A stretch of DNA of 43,962 bases, taken from the NCBI GenBank assembly GCA_964245545.1, contig CAXTNN010000002.1:1-43962 (forward strand), in the 5' to 3' direction. This document shows positions 26,465-35,570 of the stretch, in pieces. Under the pieces are notes generated by a model that did not search any database, was not told where the DNA came from, and saw only the letters and a program-made list of their open reading frames with translations. Source of the DNA: an uncultured Acetobacteraceae bacterium. Lineage in GTDB: Bacteria; Pseudomonadota; Alphaproteobacteria; Acetobacterales; Acetobacteraceae. Position 1 is the stretch's first letter. The number at the start of each line of letters is the position of its first letter. The position numbers and the translations under genes were made by a program.

Positions 26465-26544
26465 TCCGAATCGCGGGATGACCAAGCCACGCCGGTTCAG
26501 CGCGCCGGCCTCTGCTTACGCCCGGGTGTCCGGGTCGCGGATCG

Positions 26545-26834
26545 TCTTGATGGCACCGGTCGGCACATTGAGGCCGATCCCTCAGCCTGCAACGCGCAGA
26601 CCAGCTCGACGACGGGAGCTAGCGAGCGGCCGATCCGATCCAGCTTGCAACCTACCAGCGCGTCGTCCGCCCGGACCACGTCCAGCGCACGGGCGAGGCT
26701 GGGTCGGTCGGCGACGGTGCCCTGCACGTGTATTCTAAGATGCGTCCCGCCTCCAAACCAGCGGCGAGTAGGGCGTCGCGCTGGAGGGCGAGGCTTTGCT
26801 CGGCCGTGGACACCCCCATGTAGCCGACCAGCAC
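26545..26834 (-). pseudogene. Serine recombinase (resolvase/invertase) pseudogene
   Basis: LVGYMGVSTAEQSLALQRDAL (canonical GYARVST degraded), frameshift to DRPSLARAL...KLDRIGRSL, second frameshift to GIGLNVPTGAI, then truncated. Confidence 0.85.
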
Positions 26835-26854
26835 TGAAGCATCTTCCCGCCCCT

Positions 26855-26982
26855 TGCAGGAACGGTAGCAGGCCAGGGTTCACGGGGCAGAGGAAGATGC
26901 ACGGCGAAGACTGCTGAAAACGAGTCGGTGTGGATAGGCCGCTGCTTTGCAACAAACGGAGGCGGAGATTTGCTGAACAAGC
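26855..26982. other. Possible res-site remnant upstream of the resolvase
   Basis: Repeated half-sites TGCAGGAAC, TGCTGAAAAC, TGCAACAAAC and TGCTGAAC directly upstream of the resolvase start. Confidence 0.3.
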
Positions 26983-27199
26983 CTATCTGCAGCTGTCCGC
27001 TTGCCTGCCGAAAGGTTGGTTAGGCTCTCGCCATCGCAAAAAGCCGTCTTACTTCGCCCGCCACGTGCTGAACGGCGGGGTCCTGCCCTCGGCGACGTTG
27101 TCACGTCAGTTGCAGTCTGAAGTCGTCGGTGCCTCAAACCGACTATGCGTTGGAGGTCTCGTCCACCGGGTTTAGATTGACCGGTGAAGGAGACGCGCC

Positions 27200-27748
27200 A
27201 TGCGGACCACCATTCTGCTGTTCCATCCCGACTACGCCAAATCGAAAGCCAATCGTGCGCTGGCGGACGCCGCGCGGCCGCTCGATGGCGTCGAGATCAT
27301 CGACATGACCGCGCTCTACCCGGACAATCGGATCGACCTGGATGCAGAGGTCGCGCGGATGTTCGCCGCCGACCGCCTAGTGTTTCAGTTCCCGGTTCAG
27401 TGGTATTCCACGCCGCCGCTGCTCAAGGCATGGCAGGACACGCTGCTCACCCGCATGTACTACATCAACGCCAAGACGGAAGGCGAGCGGCTGCGCGACC
27501 TGCCCGTCATGGTGGCGGCGACGGCAGGCAACGAGCCATCCGCCTACACTCCGGAAGGCGTCAACCTATTCTCGCTCGAAGAGCTGCTTAAGCCGCTGCA
27601 CGCCACTTCGCACCGCTGCTACTGGCGCTGGAGCGAGCCGTTTCTGATCTACCGATCCAACAAATCGTCATCTGAGGAACTTGCCGAGGCGGGGCGGCGC
27701 TATGCTCGCCGCATCAGCGCATGGGCTGAAGCAATACCGAGACACTAG
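27200..27748 (+). CDS. NAD(P)H-dependent oxidoreductase, flavodoxin_2 (KefF/KefG-like)
   Basis: FHP..SKANRAL, LVFQFPVQWYSTPPLLKAWQD. Confidence 0.92.
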   Translation: MRTTILLFHPDYAKSKANRALADAARPLDGVEIIDMTALYPDNRIDLDAEVARMFAADRLVFQFPVQWYSTPPLLKAWQDTLLTRMYYINAKTEGERLRDLPVMVAATAGNEPSAYTPEGVNLFSLEELLKPLHATSHRCYWRWSEPFLIYRSNKSSSEELAEAGRRYARRISAWAEAIPRH

Positions 27749-27845
27749 CCTGCTGTTAAGGATGTGGAAATAAGCCGACTGTTTCGGGCGCAACTTACAT
27801 TAGGCGTAGCTGAATGTCTGAGGCTAGAATGGGAGTTAGACCCTC

Positions 27846-28706
27846 ATGATCGATGCGGCTGAGCAAGTCCCAGGCATTTATCGGCGTCGAATAGGAGAGG
27901 TGCTAGTAACCGCACTATTTGACGGCAGCTTCGTCATGCCACCAGAAGTTTGTGTGGGTGCGACTCCGGAAGAACAGGATGCCATCCGGCGCGCGGCAGG
28001 GCTTACACCGCCATTCAGCATCGTAATTAATACGTTCATGCTGCAGTGGGCAGAGAGAACGATGTTGATCGACGTCGGAGCCGGCGACACCATGGGGCCG
28101 TCAGTCGGAAGGCTTGCCGCCAATCTCAGAGCGGCAGGAGTTACGTCCGACGACGTGAATGCTGTCGTCTTGACGCATCTTCATGCTGATCATGCTGGTG
28201 GATTGACCGACACGGCTGGTATGCCAGCCTTTCCAAATGCGGAGCTTTACCTTTCCGAAGCCGAGCTGGCTCACTGGACGAGCGATGCTGCAAGGGAAGC
28301 GGCACCTGAGTTCTTACGATCCAGCTTCGATCTCGCGCGACGTAAAATTGCTCCATATGCCAGGCGGACCAAACATCTCATCAGGGATGGGGTGCCTCCC
28401 GGCTTCCAGGCTGTGCCATTGCCGGGTCATACGCCAGGTCATACTGGCTATCTGATCAAGCGCGAGGGCGAGAAGCTACTCATTTGGGGAGATGCTATGA
28501 GTGTGCCGGCCCTGCAGGCGCCTTGGCCAGACGTGTCCCTCATATTCGATACTGACCCGGAGCTTGGCATCTCGACTAGGCGCGGCGTTTTAGAACGTGC
28601 TGTAGCCGAAAACCTGCTTGTCGCCGGTATGCATTTGCCGTTCCCCGGCTTTTCCCGTGTCGCGAAAGCAGGCGACGGTTTCGTCCTTCAGCCCGAACCA
28701 GGATAG
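27846..28706 (+). CDS. MBL-fold metallo-hydrolase (methyl-parathion hydrolase/OPHC2-like)
   Basis: LIDVGAG, THLHADH, PGHTPGH, IWGD, AGMHLPFPG. Confidence 0.93.
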   Translation: MIDAAEQVPGIYRRRIGEVLVTALFDGSFVMPPEVCVGATPEEQDAIRRAAGLTPPFSIVINTFMLQWAERTMLIDVGAGDTMGPSVGRLAANLRAAGVTSDDVNAVVLTHLHADHAGGLTDTAGMPAFPNAELYLSEAELAHWTSDAAREAAPEFLRSSFDLARRKIAPYARRTKHLIRDGVPPGFQAVPLPGHTPGHTGYLIKREGEKLLIWGDAMSVPALQAPWPDVSLIFDTDPELGISTRRGVLERAVAENLLVAGMHLPFPGFSRVAKAGDGFVLQPEPG

Positions 28707-28945
28707 TGCGGATGCCCTCGCCCGTGTAGTGGCCGCGTTCCCGCTGGCGGTCCAGGCTGAGTGGCGCACCGCCTCGCGCGCTTCGCGGGCCACACCGGAT
28801 AGCTGGCCACCGTCGAAGCGCTTGTAGGTGACACGTGCGCAACATTGGGCGATGTTCGGTGTCAACCGAGGCCTCCACGTAATAACCGACGATGCAGCTG
28901 CCTCTGCCGCTGATGGCCATGGAGCGCACGTCCGGGTAGCTTAAC
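28707..28945 (-). mobile_element. IS1182-family transposase remnant
   Basis: Frameshifted pieces PDVRSMAISGRGSCIVGYYVEASVDTEH / QLSGVAREAREA / RGHYTGEGIR match the IS1182 core (PDARSMATSGRGSGIVGYNVQxAVDTEH...QLxxMAxxAREA...DRGYxxGEEI). Confidence 0.75.
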
Positions 28946-29195
28946 GAGACCTGCCCAGGGTTCCCTCGTTGTGGACCTGTTCGGCGTTCGAACTTTCACC
29001 TTGTCGTCCCGCAGGCCGAAGATCAGCGCCGCTTGCTCGCGTCGGATCTGGACGCCGCGGTGCTCCAGCAGTTTCATAACCGATCCACGTCGGCCGGACC
29101 GCCCGCGATACCGACCCCGATCAGGCACGGCCGAAGGTGCGGAGCTCGTGCTTCGTCACCACGGCGGGGCGGTGTGGAACTCCGTGACAACCTCA

Positions 29196-29759
29196 TCAGC
29201 GCTCCGCGGCCAAAGTCTGGGCGTCCTGAAAAGATTGGATGATGTGCTCGTCCAGCGTGCCGACCGGATCGTCAAGCCATCCCGCGACGGCGTGGGTCAG
29301 CGTCGCCAATCCCATCTGCGCCGCCAGGGTCGCCAGCCGATCGGCGACGCCGCGCTCCCGCAGCGCCGACGCCAATGCGACGGTCAGCGCCCGCGTCTTG
29401 GCAAGCGCCCGTTCCTGAAGCGCTGGGCTCGCTTCGATGATCCGCCGCTTGGGCAGGGTCGAGGCGCGGTTCTCGATAAACAGCGGCTCGGTGGCGCGAC
29501 AAGCGAGGATCATCGCCGCCCACGGGTCAAGCTCGGGCGGGGCAGCCGTGATCGCGCTGGTCAGGGTGGCGCTCAGCACGGCCTCGCCGTCGAACAGCAC
29601 CTCCCGCTTGTCCGGGAAATGGCGAAAGAAGGTGCGCTCCGTCACGCCCGCCTTGGCCGCGATCTCGGCCGTCGTGATTCGGTCGTAGCCGTGCGCCTGG
29701 TATAGCGCCAGCGCCGCATCCTGCAGGCGGCGGCGCACGTCTTTTCGGCTCCCCGACAT
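29196..29759 (-). CDS. TetR family regulator
   Basis: GYDRITTAEIAAKAGVTERTFFRHFPDKREVLF. Confidence 0.95.
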   Translation of the reverse strand: MSGSRKDVRRRLQDAALALYQAHGYDRITTAEIAAKAGVTERTFFRHFPDKREVLFDGEAVLSATLTSAITAAPPELDPWAAMILACRATEPLFIENRASTLPKRRIIEASPALQERALAKTRALTVALASALRERGVADRLATLAAQMGLATLTHAVAGWLDDPVGTLDEHIIQSFQDAQTLAAER

Positions 29760-29776
29760 GGACCTCCTACCCTATT

Positions 29777-29820
29777 GTCAGCGGCTGACGATCATCCTAC
29801 ATCGTCAGCCACTGACGATG
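29777..29820. promoter_or_regulatory. Two TetR operators
   Basis: Perfect palindromes GTCAGC-g-GCTGAC (29777-29789) and CATCGTCAG-cca-CTGACGATG (29800-29820), sharing GTCAG-N3-CTGAC, between divergent tetR and the oxidoreductase. Confidence 0.85.
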
Positions 29821-29836
29821 TGATCGGAGCCCTACC

Positions 29837-30799
29837 ATGCCTGACCTGGGAGTCGCCACCGGCACCATGCGGACCGTCCGCTTCCACGGCTATGGCGAGC
29901 CGGCCGACGTGCTCAGGCTGGACCATGCGCCGATACCGGCGCCGAAGCCGGGCCACGTCCGCGTCCGCGTCCACGCCTGCGGGCTCAATCCCGCCGATTG
30001 GGCGCTGTGCCGGGGGCTGTTCGCGGGGGACCTGCCGCGCGGCATCGGCCTCGACGTGTCCGGGACGGTCGAGACGGTGGGCGAAGGCGTGACGCACGCG
30101 GCGGTCGGCGACCGCGTGCTCGGCGTGCCCGCGTTCCAGGAGTATTCAAGCGCCGGCGCTGCGGACCATGCGGTCCTGTCGGTCTGGACGCCTGTTCCCG
30201 AGGGGTTGGACCTGGTGGAAGCCGCCGCCCTACCGATGGCGATTGAGACCGCCTATCGCTGCCTCGGCATCCTTGGCCCGGCGGCCGGCTCGACGCTGCT
30301 CGTCTATGGCGCGGGCACGATGATCGGGTTCGCCGCCGTCCAGATGGCGCGGATGCGGGGCGTGAGGGTGATCGCGGCCGCCGGCGACACCTTCGCGGCG
30401 CAGCTCCAGGCGTTCGGCGCGATGGTCACGCCCTATGGCGACGGCTTGGGCGAGCGGGTGCGCGCTCTCGTCGGCGTTCCCGACGCGATTCTCGACGCCG
30501 GCCCGATCAGCGACGTGCTGCCCACCCTCGTCAGCATTGCCGAAGACGACGCGCGCCGGATCGTCACCGTCAGCAATCATGGTCCCACTGCGGAGACGCT
30601 GGGTGTTCGCACCAGCTTCGAGGGCACGCTGAGCTACGGGGCGCTCGGCGAGTTCGCCCGTCTCGCCGCCCAGGGCCGCTTCACCGTCCCCGTCGCGCGC
30701 ACGTTCCCGCTGGAGGACTGGCATAGCGGGCTGGAGGCCAGCATGGGCGGGCACGCGCGTGGCAAGCTGATGCTCATCCCAGACGCTTCGGCGAGCTGA
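29837..30799 (+). CDS. NADP-dependent oxidoreductase (MDR/zeta-crystallin-like)
   Basis: GLNPADW, GLDVSGTV, AAALPMA, GHARGKLML. Confidence 0.92.
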   Translation: MPDLGVATGTMRTVRFHGYGEPADVLRLDHAPIPAPKPGHVRVRVHACGLNPADWALCRGLFAGDLPRGIGLDVSGTVETVGEGVTHAAVGDRVLGVPAFQEYSSAGAADHAVLSVWTPVPEGLDLVEAAALPMAIETAYRCLGILGPAAGSTLLVYGAGTMIGFAAVQMARMRGVRVIAAAGDTFAAQLQAFGAMVTPYGDGLGERVRALVGVPDAILDAGPISDVLPTLVSIAEDDARRIVTVSNHGPTAETLGVRTSFEGTLSYGALGEFARLAAQGRFTVPVARTFPLEDWHSGLEASMGGHARGKLMLIPDASAS

Positions 30800-30860
30800 G
30801 CCGAATAACCGAGTGTTTGCGAACGGAGCTTCGGTGCACTGCCGGCTGACGGGCTCGGCA

Positions 30861-31235
30861 TCACTCGACCACGCGCTCGTCGTAGCGCCTCCTGGCGTCC
30901 TTGAGGCGCTCCGTTTGGCCGAGCGCCCAGCCAGCCAGCGCCCGCACAGGTCCTAGAACCTCACGGCCCATGTCGGTCAGCTCATAATCTACGTGGGGCG
31001 GCCTGGTCGGCATCACCGTACGCGTGACATAGCCGTCGCGCTCCAGCCCGCGCAGCGTGCTGGTGAGCACCTTTTGCGAGATGCCGATACGGCGACGCAA
31101 GGCATTGAACCGCAGGCTGCCGTGCTCGAGCGAGACGATGATCAGCATCGACCACTTGTCTCCCACCCTGGCGAGCGTCGCGACGAGCATGCGGCAGGTC
31201 TCGGGCGGCAAGTCGGTCGTGCGTGGTTTCGTCAA
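30861..31235 (-). CDS. HxlR family winged-helix regulator
   Basis: TTG start 31235 with AAGGAGG RBS; N-terminal Cys (ETCR), VGDKWSMLII, ISQKVLTSTLRGLERDGYV, VDYELT. Confidence 0.92.
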   Translation of the reverse strand: MTKPRTTDLPPETCRMLVATLARVGDKWSMLIIVSLEHGSLRFNALRRRIGISQKVLTSTLRGLERDGYVTRTVMPTRPPHVDYELTDMGREVLGPVRALAGWALGQTERLKDARRRYDERVVE

Positions 31236-31275
31236 GGTGCCTCCTTGAAGCGCGGCCGAGCCTCGGTCTAGTCCA

Positions 31276-31290
31276 GTTACCAAAGGATAC
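31276..31290. promoter_or_regulatory. Putative HxlR operator
   Basis: Imperfect palindrome GTTACC-aaa-GGATAC in the divergent intergenic region. Confidence 0.4.
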
Positions 31291-31317
31291 CATAGCCGTA
31301 GAGGAGTTGGACGAAAG

Positions 31318-32352
31318 ATGAATGCAAGCGTGGAACAAACACCGGTGCTGGTCACCGGCGGTTCTGGCTACCTCGCCGGCTTCATCATCATCCAATTTCT
31401 TGAGGCGGGCCGAGCCGTCCGAACGACGATCCGCGATCTCGCCCGAGCCGATGAGGTCCGTGCCATCCTGGAGCGTCACGTGCCGACGCGGCGGCTGGAT
31501 TTCCATGCTGCCAACCTGCTGTCCGACGCCGGTTGGGACGAGGCGATGCAGGGATGTGGACAGGTCGTCCACGTCGCCTCGCCCATGCCGGTGCGGGAGT
31601 ATCGGAACCAAGACCTCGAGAAGCCGGCGCGCGAAGGCGTTCGGCGCGTGATGGAGGCGGCGCGGCGCGCCGGAGTCCGCCGTGTCGTGATGACGTCCTC
31701 CACGGCTGCCGCGAGCCCGCGCGTGTTCGGAGGAACGCCAGCAGACGAGACCGTCTGGACGGATCTCTCGGACAAGAGCGTCGGCCCCTACGCGCGATCC
31801 AAGACGCTTGCCGAAAAGGATGCTTGGGCACTGGCCGCCGCTGCCGGAGACGAGCTCGCGCTCACCACCATCCTGCCCGGATTCGTACAGGGGCCCGCAC
31901 TCGGGCCGTCCGTCTCGGGCTCGCTGGAACTGCCGTTGCGCATGCTCACCGGCCGTCTCCCGCTCGTGCCTCGCGTGAGCTTCTCCGGCGTGGACACGCG
32001 TGACGCGGCCGAATTGCATATCAGGGCACTGACGGACGACGGCGCCCGCGGCAAGCGGATCATCGCCGCCGGCACGCCGCTGTGGTTTTGGGAAATCGCC
32101 GCCGCGCTGAAGCGGCACCTGGGCGAGAAGGCCTCGAAAGTGTCCACGCGTGAGGCCCCCGACTGGCTGATCCGCGCGGCAGGCTTGTTCAACCCCGACG
32201 CCCGTTTCCTGGCGGCCGACCTTGGCAAATACCGTAGCTACACTTCGACCAGGGCCCAATCGATCCTAGGCCGTCCGTTACGCCCGCTGGAGGAGGCGGT
32301 CATCACCGCAGGCGAGAGCCTTGTTCAGTACGGATTGGTCCAGGTCAAGTAG
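31318..32352 (+). CDS. Extended SDR, dihydroflavonol reductase/aldehyde reductase-like
   Basis: VTGGSGYLA, HVASP, VVMTSS, YARSK. Confidence 0.92.
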   Translation: MNASVEQTPVLVTGGSGYLAGFIIIQFLEAGRAVRTTIRDLARADEVRAILERHVPTRRLDFHAANLLSDAGWDEAMQGCGQVVHVASPMPVREYRNQDLEKPAREGVRRVMEAARRAGVRRVVMTSSTAAASPRVFGGTPADETVWTDLSDKSVGPYARSKTLAEKDAWALAAAAGDELALTTILPGFVQGPALGPSVSGSLELPLRMLTGRLPLVPRVSFSGVDTRDAAELHIRALTDDGARGKRIIAAGTPLWFWEIAAALKRHLGEKASKVSTREAPDWLIRAAGLFNPDARFLAADLGKYRSYTSTRAQSILGRPLRPLEEAVITAGESLVQYGLVQVK

Positions 32353-32399
32353 GGGTAGTGCAGACGGCTTGCTGCTGCTTTGGCAGTGGGAATGCACTC

Positions 32400-32611
32400 C
32401 CCTGCCAACCGCTCAGGCGGCCGAACCGCTCGCGCGGGGCGTCCACCATGCGTTGCAGGTCCGCGCGGTGGGACACGTCCACTGCGGGCGCCAAGCACCA
32501 GCCACGCGCCCCGTTCGGCCAGCAGCCGGGCATGGCCGCGCCGCAGCAGGCACTGGCGCCGGTGATGGCGACCACCTTGCCGGCGATGCCGTCGCCCGGC
32601 GTCCCGCTCAC
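32400..32611 (-). pseudogene. Degraded SDR (N-terminal remnant)
   Basis: GTGA-coupled to the upstream SDR; GIAGKVVAITGAS (glycine motif broken)...AVDVSHRADLQRMVDA.RERFGRL, then lost. Confidence 0.7.
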
Positions 32612-33333
32612 CACGCCACCACGCCGGTATCGTCGAAGAAGCCGCCGTTCGGCCCGTCGCCGGGCAGGGTGGCCAGGCGCACGCCGATGGCCGCCCCCTG
32701 CGCCGGCGTCCGGCTCCCCTGGCGCCCGTTCAGGTCGGTGGCGGTGTAGCCGGGACAGCCCGCGTTGACCCTGAAGCCGAGCGGGCCGAGTTCCTTGGCG
32801 AAGGCGACCGTGACGGCGTTCAGCGCGGATTTGGAACTGTTGTAGCCGAGCAGGTTCACGTGGGCCATCGGCGCGCCGAAATCCGACGCCCAGGCGAGCG
32901 AGCCGAGGCTGCTGCTGATCATGACGATGCGCGGGGACGCAGACGCCCGCAGCAGCGGCAAGAAGGCGTGGGTGGCGCGGATGGTCCCGAACACGTTCAC
33001 CTCGTAGAGCGCGCGCACGCTCGCGACCGTGTCCCCGCTCGGCGGCCCCCAACCCGCGGAGATGCCGGCGTTGTTCACCAGCGCGTTCAGCCGGTCCGTT
33101 TCCCCGGCCAGGGTCGCCGCGGCCGCCGCCACGCTGGCGTCGTCCGCCACGTCGATGCGGAGCGCGCGGGCGTCCAGGCCCTCGCTCCTCAACGTCGCGA
33201 CGGCCGACTCGCCGCGGCCGGGATCGCGGCTGCCGACCCAGACCCGGTAGCCCAGCCGCCCGAGCCCGCGGGCGATCTCCAGCCCGATGCCCTTGTTCGC
33301 GCCGGTGACCAGCGCCGTCGATTGACTCGCCAT
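32608..33333 (-). CDS. Classical SDR (carbonyl reductase-like)
   Basis: ATG 33333 with GGAGG RBS; TGANKGIG, NNAG, YNSSK, CPGYTATDLN. Confidence 0.93.
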   Translation of the reverse strand: MASQSTALVTGANKGIGLEIARGLGRLGYRVWVGSRDPGRGESAVATLRSEGLDARALRIDVADDASVAAAAATLAGETDRLNALVNNAGISAGWGPPSGDTVASVRALYEVNVFGTIRATHAFLPLLRASASPRIVMISSSLGSLAWASDFGAPMAHVNLLGYNSSKSALNAVTVAFAKELGPLGFRVNAGCPGYTATDLNGRQGSRTPAQGAAIGVRLATLPGDGPNGGFFDDTGVVAW

Positions 33334-33483
33334 TGGGTGCCTCCGTGTCGCTCCCGAGGTGGCACGTGCCGGGCGGCGGCGGATGTCCGTTCGCATCGTC
33401 CGCTTGCCTGATCCGCTCAAACCGGGCCCGCTGGCTGGCCCGGGCCGCTTGCCGGGCCGCGCACCGCGCCCGATATTCGGCCG

Positions 33484-34383
33484 ATGCAGGGCGCGCTGGA
33501 CGGGATCCGTGACGTCGTCGAACGGCACGCGGCCGGCCGCCGCCGGCCGAGCCCCCTACCGCGCGTGGCGCTCTACAAGGATGAGGCAGCGCCGCAGCCG
33601 GTGTCGGGGATCTACCCGCCGATGATGGCCATGATCGTGCGGGGAACCAAGGAGATCGCCATCGGCGACCGGCGCCTACGCTACGACCCGGCCAGCTACT
33701 TCATCGCGACTGTCGAGTTGCCGGCCTCCGGCTGCGTGCGGCTGAACCAACCCGACGAGCCGTACCTCGCCGTCAGCCTGGACCTGGACACCGACGGGCT
33801 GGCGCCGCTGCTGCCCGGAGCAGCCGAGATGGCGCCGCCGGTTGAGGCGGCCTTCGCGGTCAACCCGGTCACGCCCGAGTTGCTGGACGCCTGGCTGCGC
33901 CTGCTCCGCCTGCTCGACACGCCGGGGGACATCGCCGCCCTCGCGCCGCTATGCGAGCAGGAGATCCTGTACCGCCTGCTGCAGGGGCCGCAGGGCGCCG
34001 TGCTTCGGCAGATCACCCGGGCCGACAGCCGCCTGTCCCGGGTGCGCCGCGCCATCGCCCTGATCCGCGCCCGCTACGACCAGCCGATCCGCATGGAGAC
34101 GCTGGCGGATCATGCCGGCATGAGCCCGGCCTCCTTCAACCGCCATTTCAGGTCGGCCACGGCCATGAGTCCGCTGCAATACCAGAAGGCGCTGCGCTTG
34201 CAGGAAGCACGACGGCTCATCGCTTCCGGCCGTGAGGTGACCGCCGCCGCCTACGCGGTCGGCTACGAGAGTGCGTCCCAGTTCAGCCGCGAGTATGCGC
34301 GCATGTTCGCTGCCCCGCCCTCGCGCGATATGGGACGGCTTGCGCCCTCACCGTCAGGGGATCGCCGGGCAGAGGCCGCGTAG
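33484..34383 (+). CDS. AraC family regulator (YqhC-like AraC_N)
   Basis: EILYRLLQGPQG, MSPLQYQKALRLQEARRL, VGYESASQFSREYARMF. Confidence 0.95.
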   Translation: MQGALDGIRDVVERHAAGRRRPSPLPRVALYKDEAAPQPVSGIYPPMMAMIVRGTKEIAIGDRRLRYDPASYFIATVELPASGCVRLNQPDEPYLAVSLDLDTDGLAPLLPGAAEMAPPVEAAFAVNPVTPELLDAWLRLLRLLDTPGDIAALAPLCEQEILYRLLQGPQGAVLRQITRADSRLSRVRRAIALIRARYDQPIRMETLADHAGMSPASFNRHFRSATAMSPLQYQKALRLQEARRLIASGREVTAAAYAVGYESASQFSREYARMFAAPPSRDMGRLAPSPSGDRRAEAA

Positions 34384-34424
34384 CTGGCAGGCCAGGAACC
34401 AGGGCCAGGCCCCGCTAATCGGTG

Positions 34425-34580
34425 CCGGTCTCCTCGGGTCATGGTGACCGACAAGCTGGCCAGCTACGGGGCGGTCACGCGCGCGATCGCGCCGGGCGTC
34501 GAGCACCGGCAGCACAAGGGCCTGAACAATAGGGCGGAGACGTCGCACCAACCCGCGCGGTGCCGAGAGCGGTAGATGCT
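34425..34580 (+). mobile_element. IS6-family transposase fragment (second, divergent copy)
   Basis: PRVMVTDKLASYGAV..IAPGVEHRQHKGLNNRAETSHQP, then in-frame TAG. Homologous to 18770-18915. Confidence 0.85.
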
Positions 34581-34588
34581 CGACCACG

Positions 34589-35098
34589 TCAGACCTCTCT
34601 GCCGATGAGGCGGTCCGCCGAGAACCGGCCGCCGCCACGAAACGAGATGTGGAGCGCAACGAACCCCATGAGGAGCGCATACTCCAAGCCGCGGTCGGTC
34701 CAGGCGAAGACAGGGTAGTGGACCACGCAGATGCATGCCATCTCGATGGCGATCATGGGTGCCACGATCCGGGTCAGCAGGCCGAGGGCAAGAATGGCCG
34801 CGCCGCCGCTCTCTAGGAAGGCGGCGAAGTAGGCGAACTGGGCCGGCGCCGGGAAGTGCAGCCTCGTATCGATGAAGCTGGTGGCGCTGGCCAAGGGATC
34901 GCCCATGCTGCCGTGCCCGGCGCCCAGGACCTTGGGCAGGCCATGCGTGAGCAGGATCAGGCCGAAGGCGATGCGGAGCACGGCGTAGCTCGCCGGCCGC
35001 GCGCCCGCGTACAGCCTGGCCAGACCCGGGAACACCAGGGGAGTCCGACCGTGGGCGGCGGCCGCGCCCCGCGGCACGGCCTCGAAACTGGCAGGCAT
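34589..35098 (-). CDS. DoxX family membrane protein
   Basis: LRIAFGLILLTHGLPKV, LGLLTR, GLEYALL, GGGRFSAD. Start ATG 35098. Confidence 0.9.
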   Translation of the reverse strand: MPASFEAVPRGAAAAHGRTPLVFPGLARLYAGARPASYAVLRIAFGLILLTHGLPKVLGAGHGSMGDPLASATSFIDTRLHFPAPAQFAYFAAFLESGGAAILALGLLTRIVAPMIAIEMACICVVHYPVFAWTDRGLEYALLMGFVALHISFRGGGRFSADRLIGREV

Positions 35099-35237
35099 CG
35101 GATATTCCTTCCCACTCAGGTTATCGCGGGGACCATGCCGGCGGCAGGGCGCCAGGAGACCCGGTGACCCGTCGCGCACTGTCCCCGCCCGCTCACCGGG
35201 CCGGACGGGATGGTTGGGGGCCGTGGCCCCCGCCCCC

Positions 35238-35456
35238 TCAGCCCTCAGGCTTGGCCCGGTGTTCGTCGGGAATGACGTAGACCACGTCAGCGCGGCCATA
35301 GCCGCCGTCGGGCACCTCCTCGATCAGCACCATGGTGGTGGGGCGGACCGCCTCGCCGAAATACTCGGCGAACATGGACGTCGTCCGGTGGATCCACTCC
35401 TCCTTCTGCGCTTTGGAGAGGGCGGCCTGTGGCACCTTGAAGTTAGCGAATGGCAT
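35238..35456 (-). CDS. 4-oxalocrotonate tautomerase family protein
   Basis: Met-Pro start (catalytic Pro-1), 72 aa beta-alpha-beta, VLIEEVPDGGYG. Confidence 0.88.
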   Translation of the reverse strand: MPFANFKVPQAALSKAQKEEWIHRTTSMFAEYFGEAVRPTTMVLIEEVPDGGYGRADVVYVIPDEHRAKPEG

Positions 35457-35570
35457 GGATGTCTCCTTGGTCGACGTTGCCGCTGGGACGGCGGGATCAA
35501 GCAGGCCAGCCAGGCCAACCTGCCCAGGAATTGGGGCGCCCGTGACCTGTGGTCCTGCGTGGCGCCCGGT

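Noticed and set aside
17420-26543. Exact 20-bp inverted match GATCCGCGACCCGGACACCC (17420-17439 vs 26524-26543)
   Set aside because: The match does not extend, one copy is coding sequence, and a 20-mer in GC-rich DNA can plausibly arise by chance. Noted only because it lies near the resolvase breakpoint.
18577-34580. Composite transposon bounded by two IS6 copies
   Set aside because: The second copy is a short, diverged internal fragment without IRs, so it does not form a matched pair.
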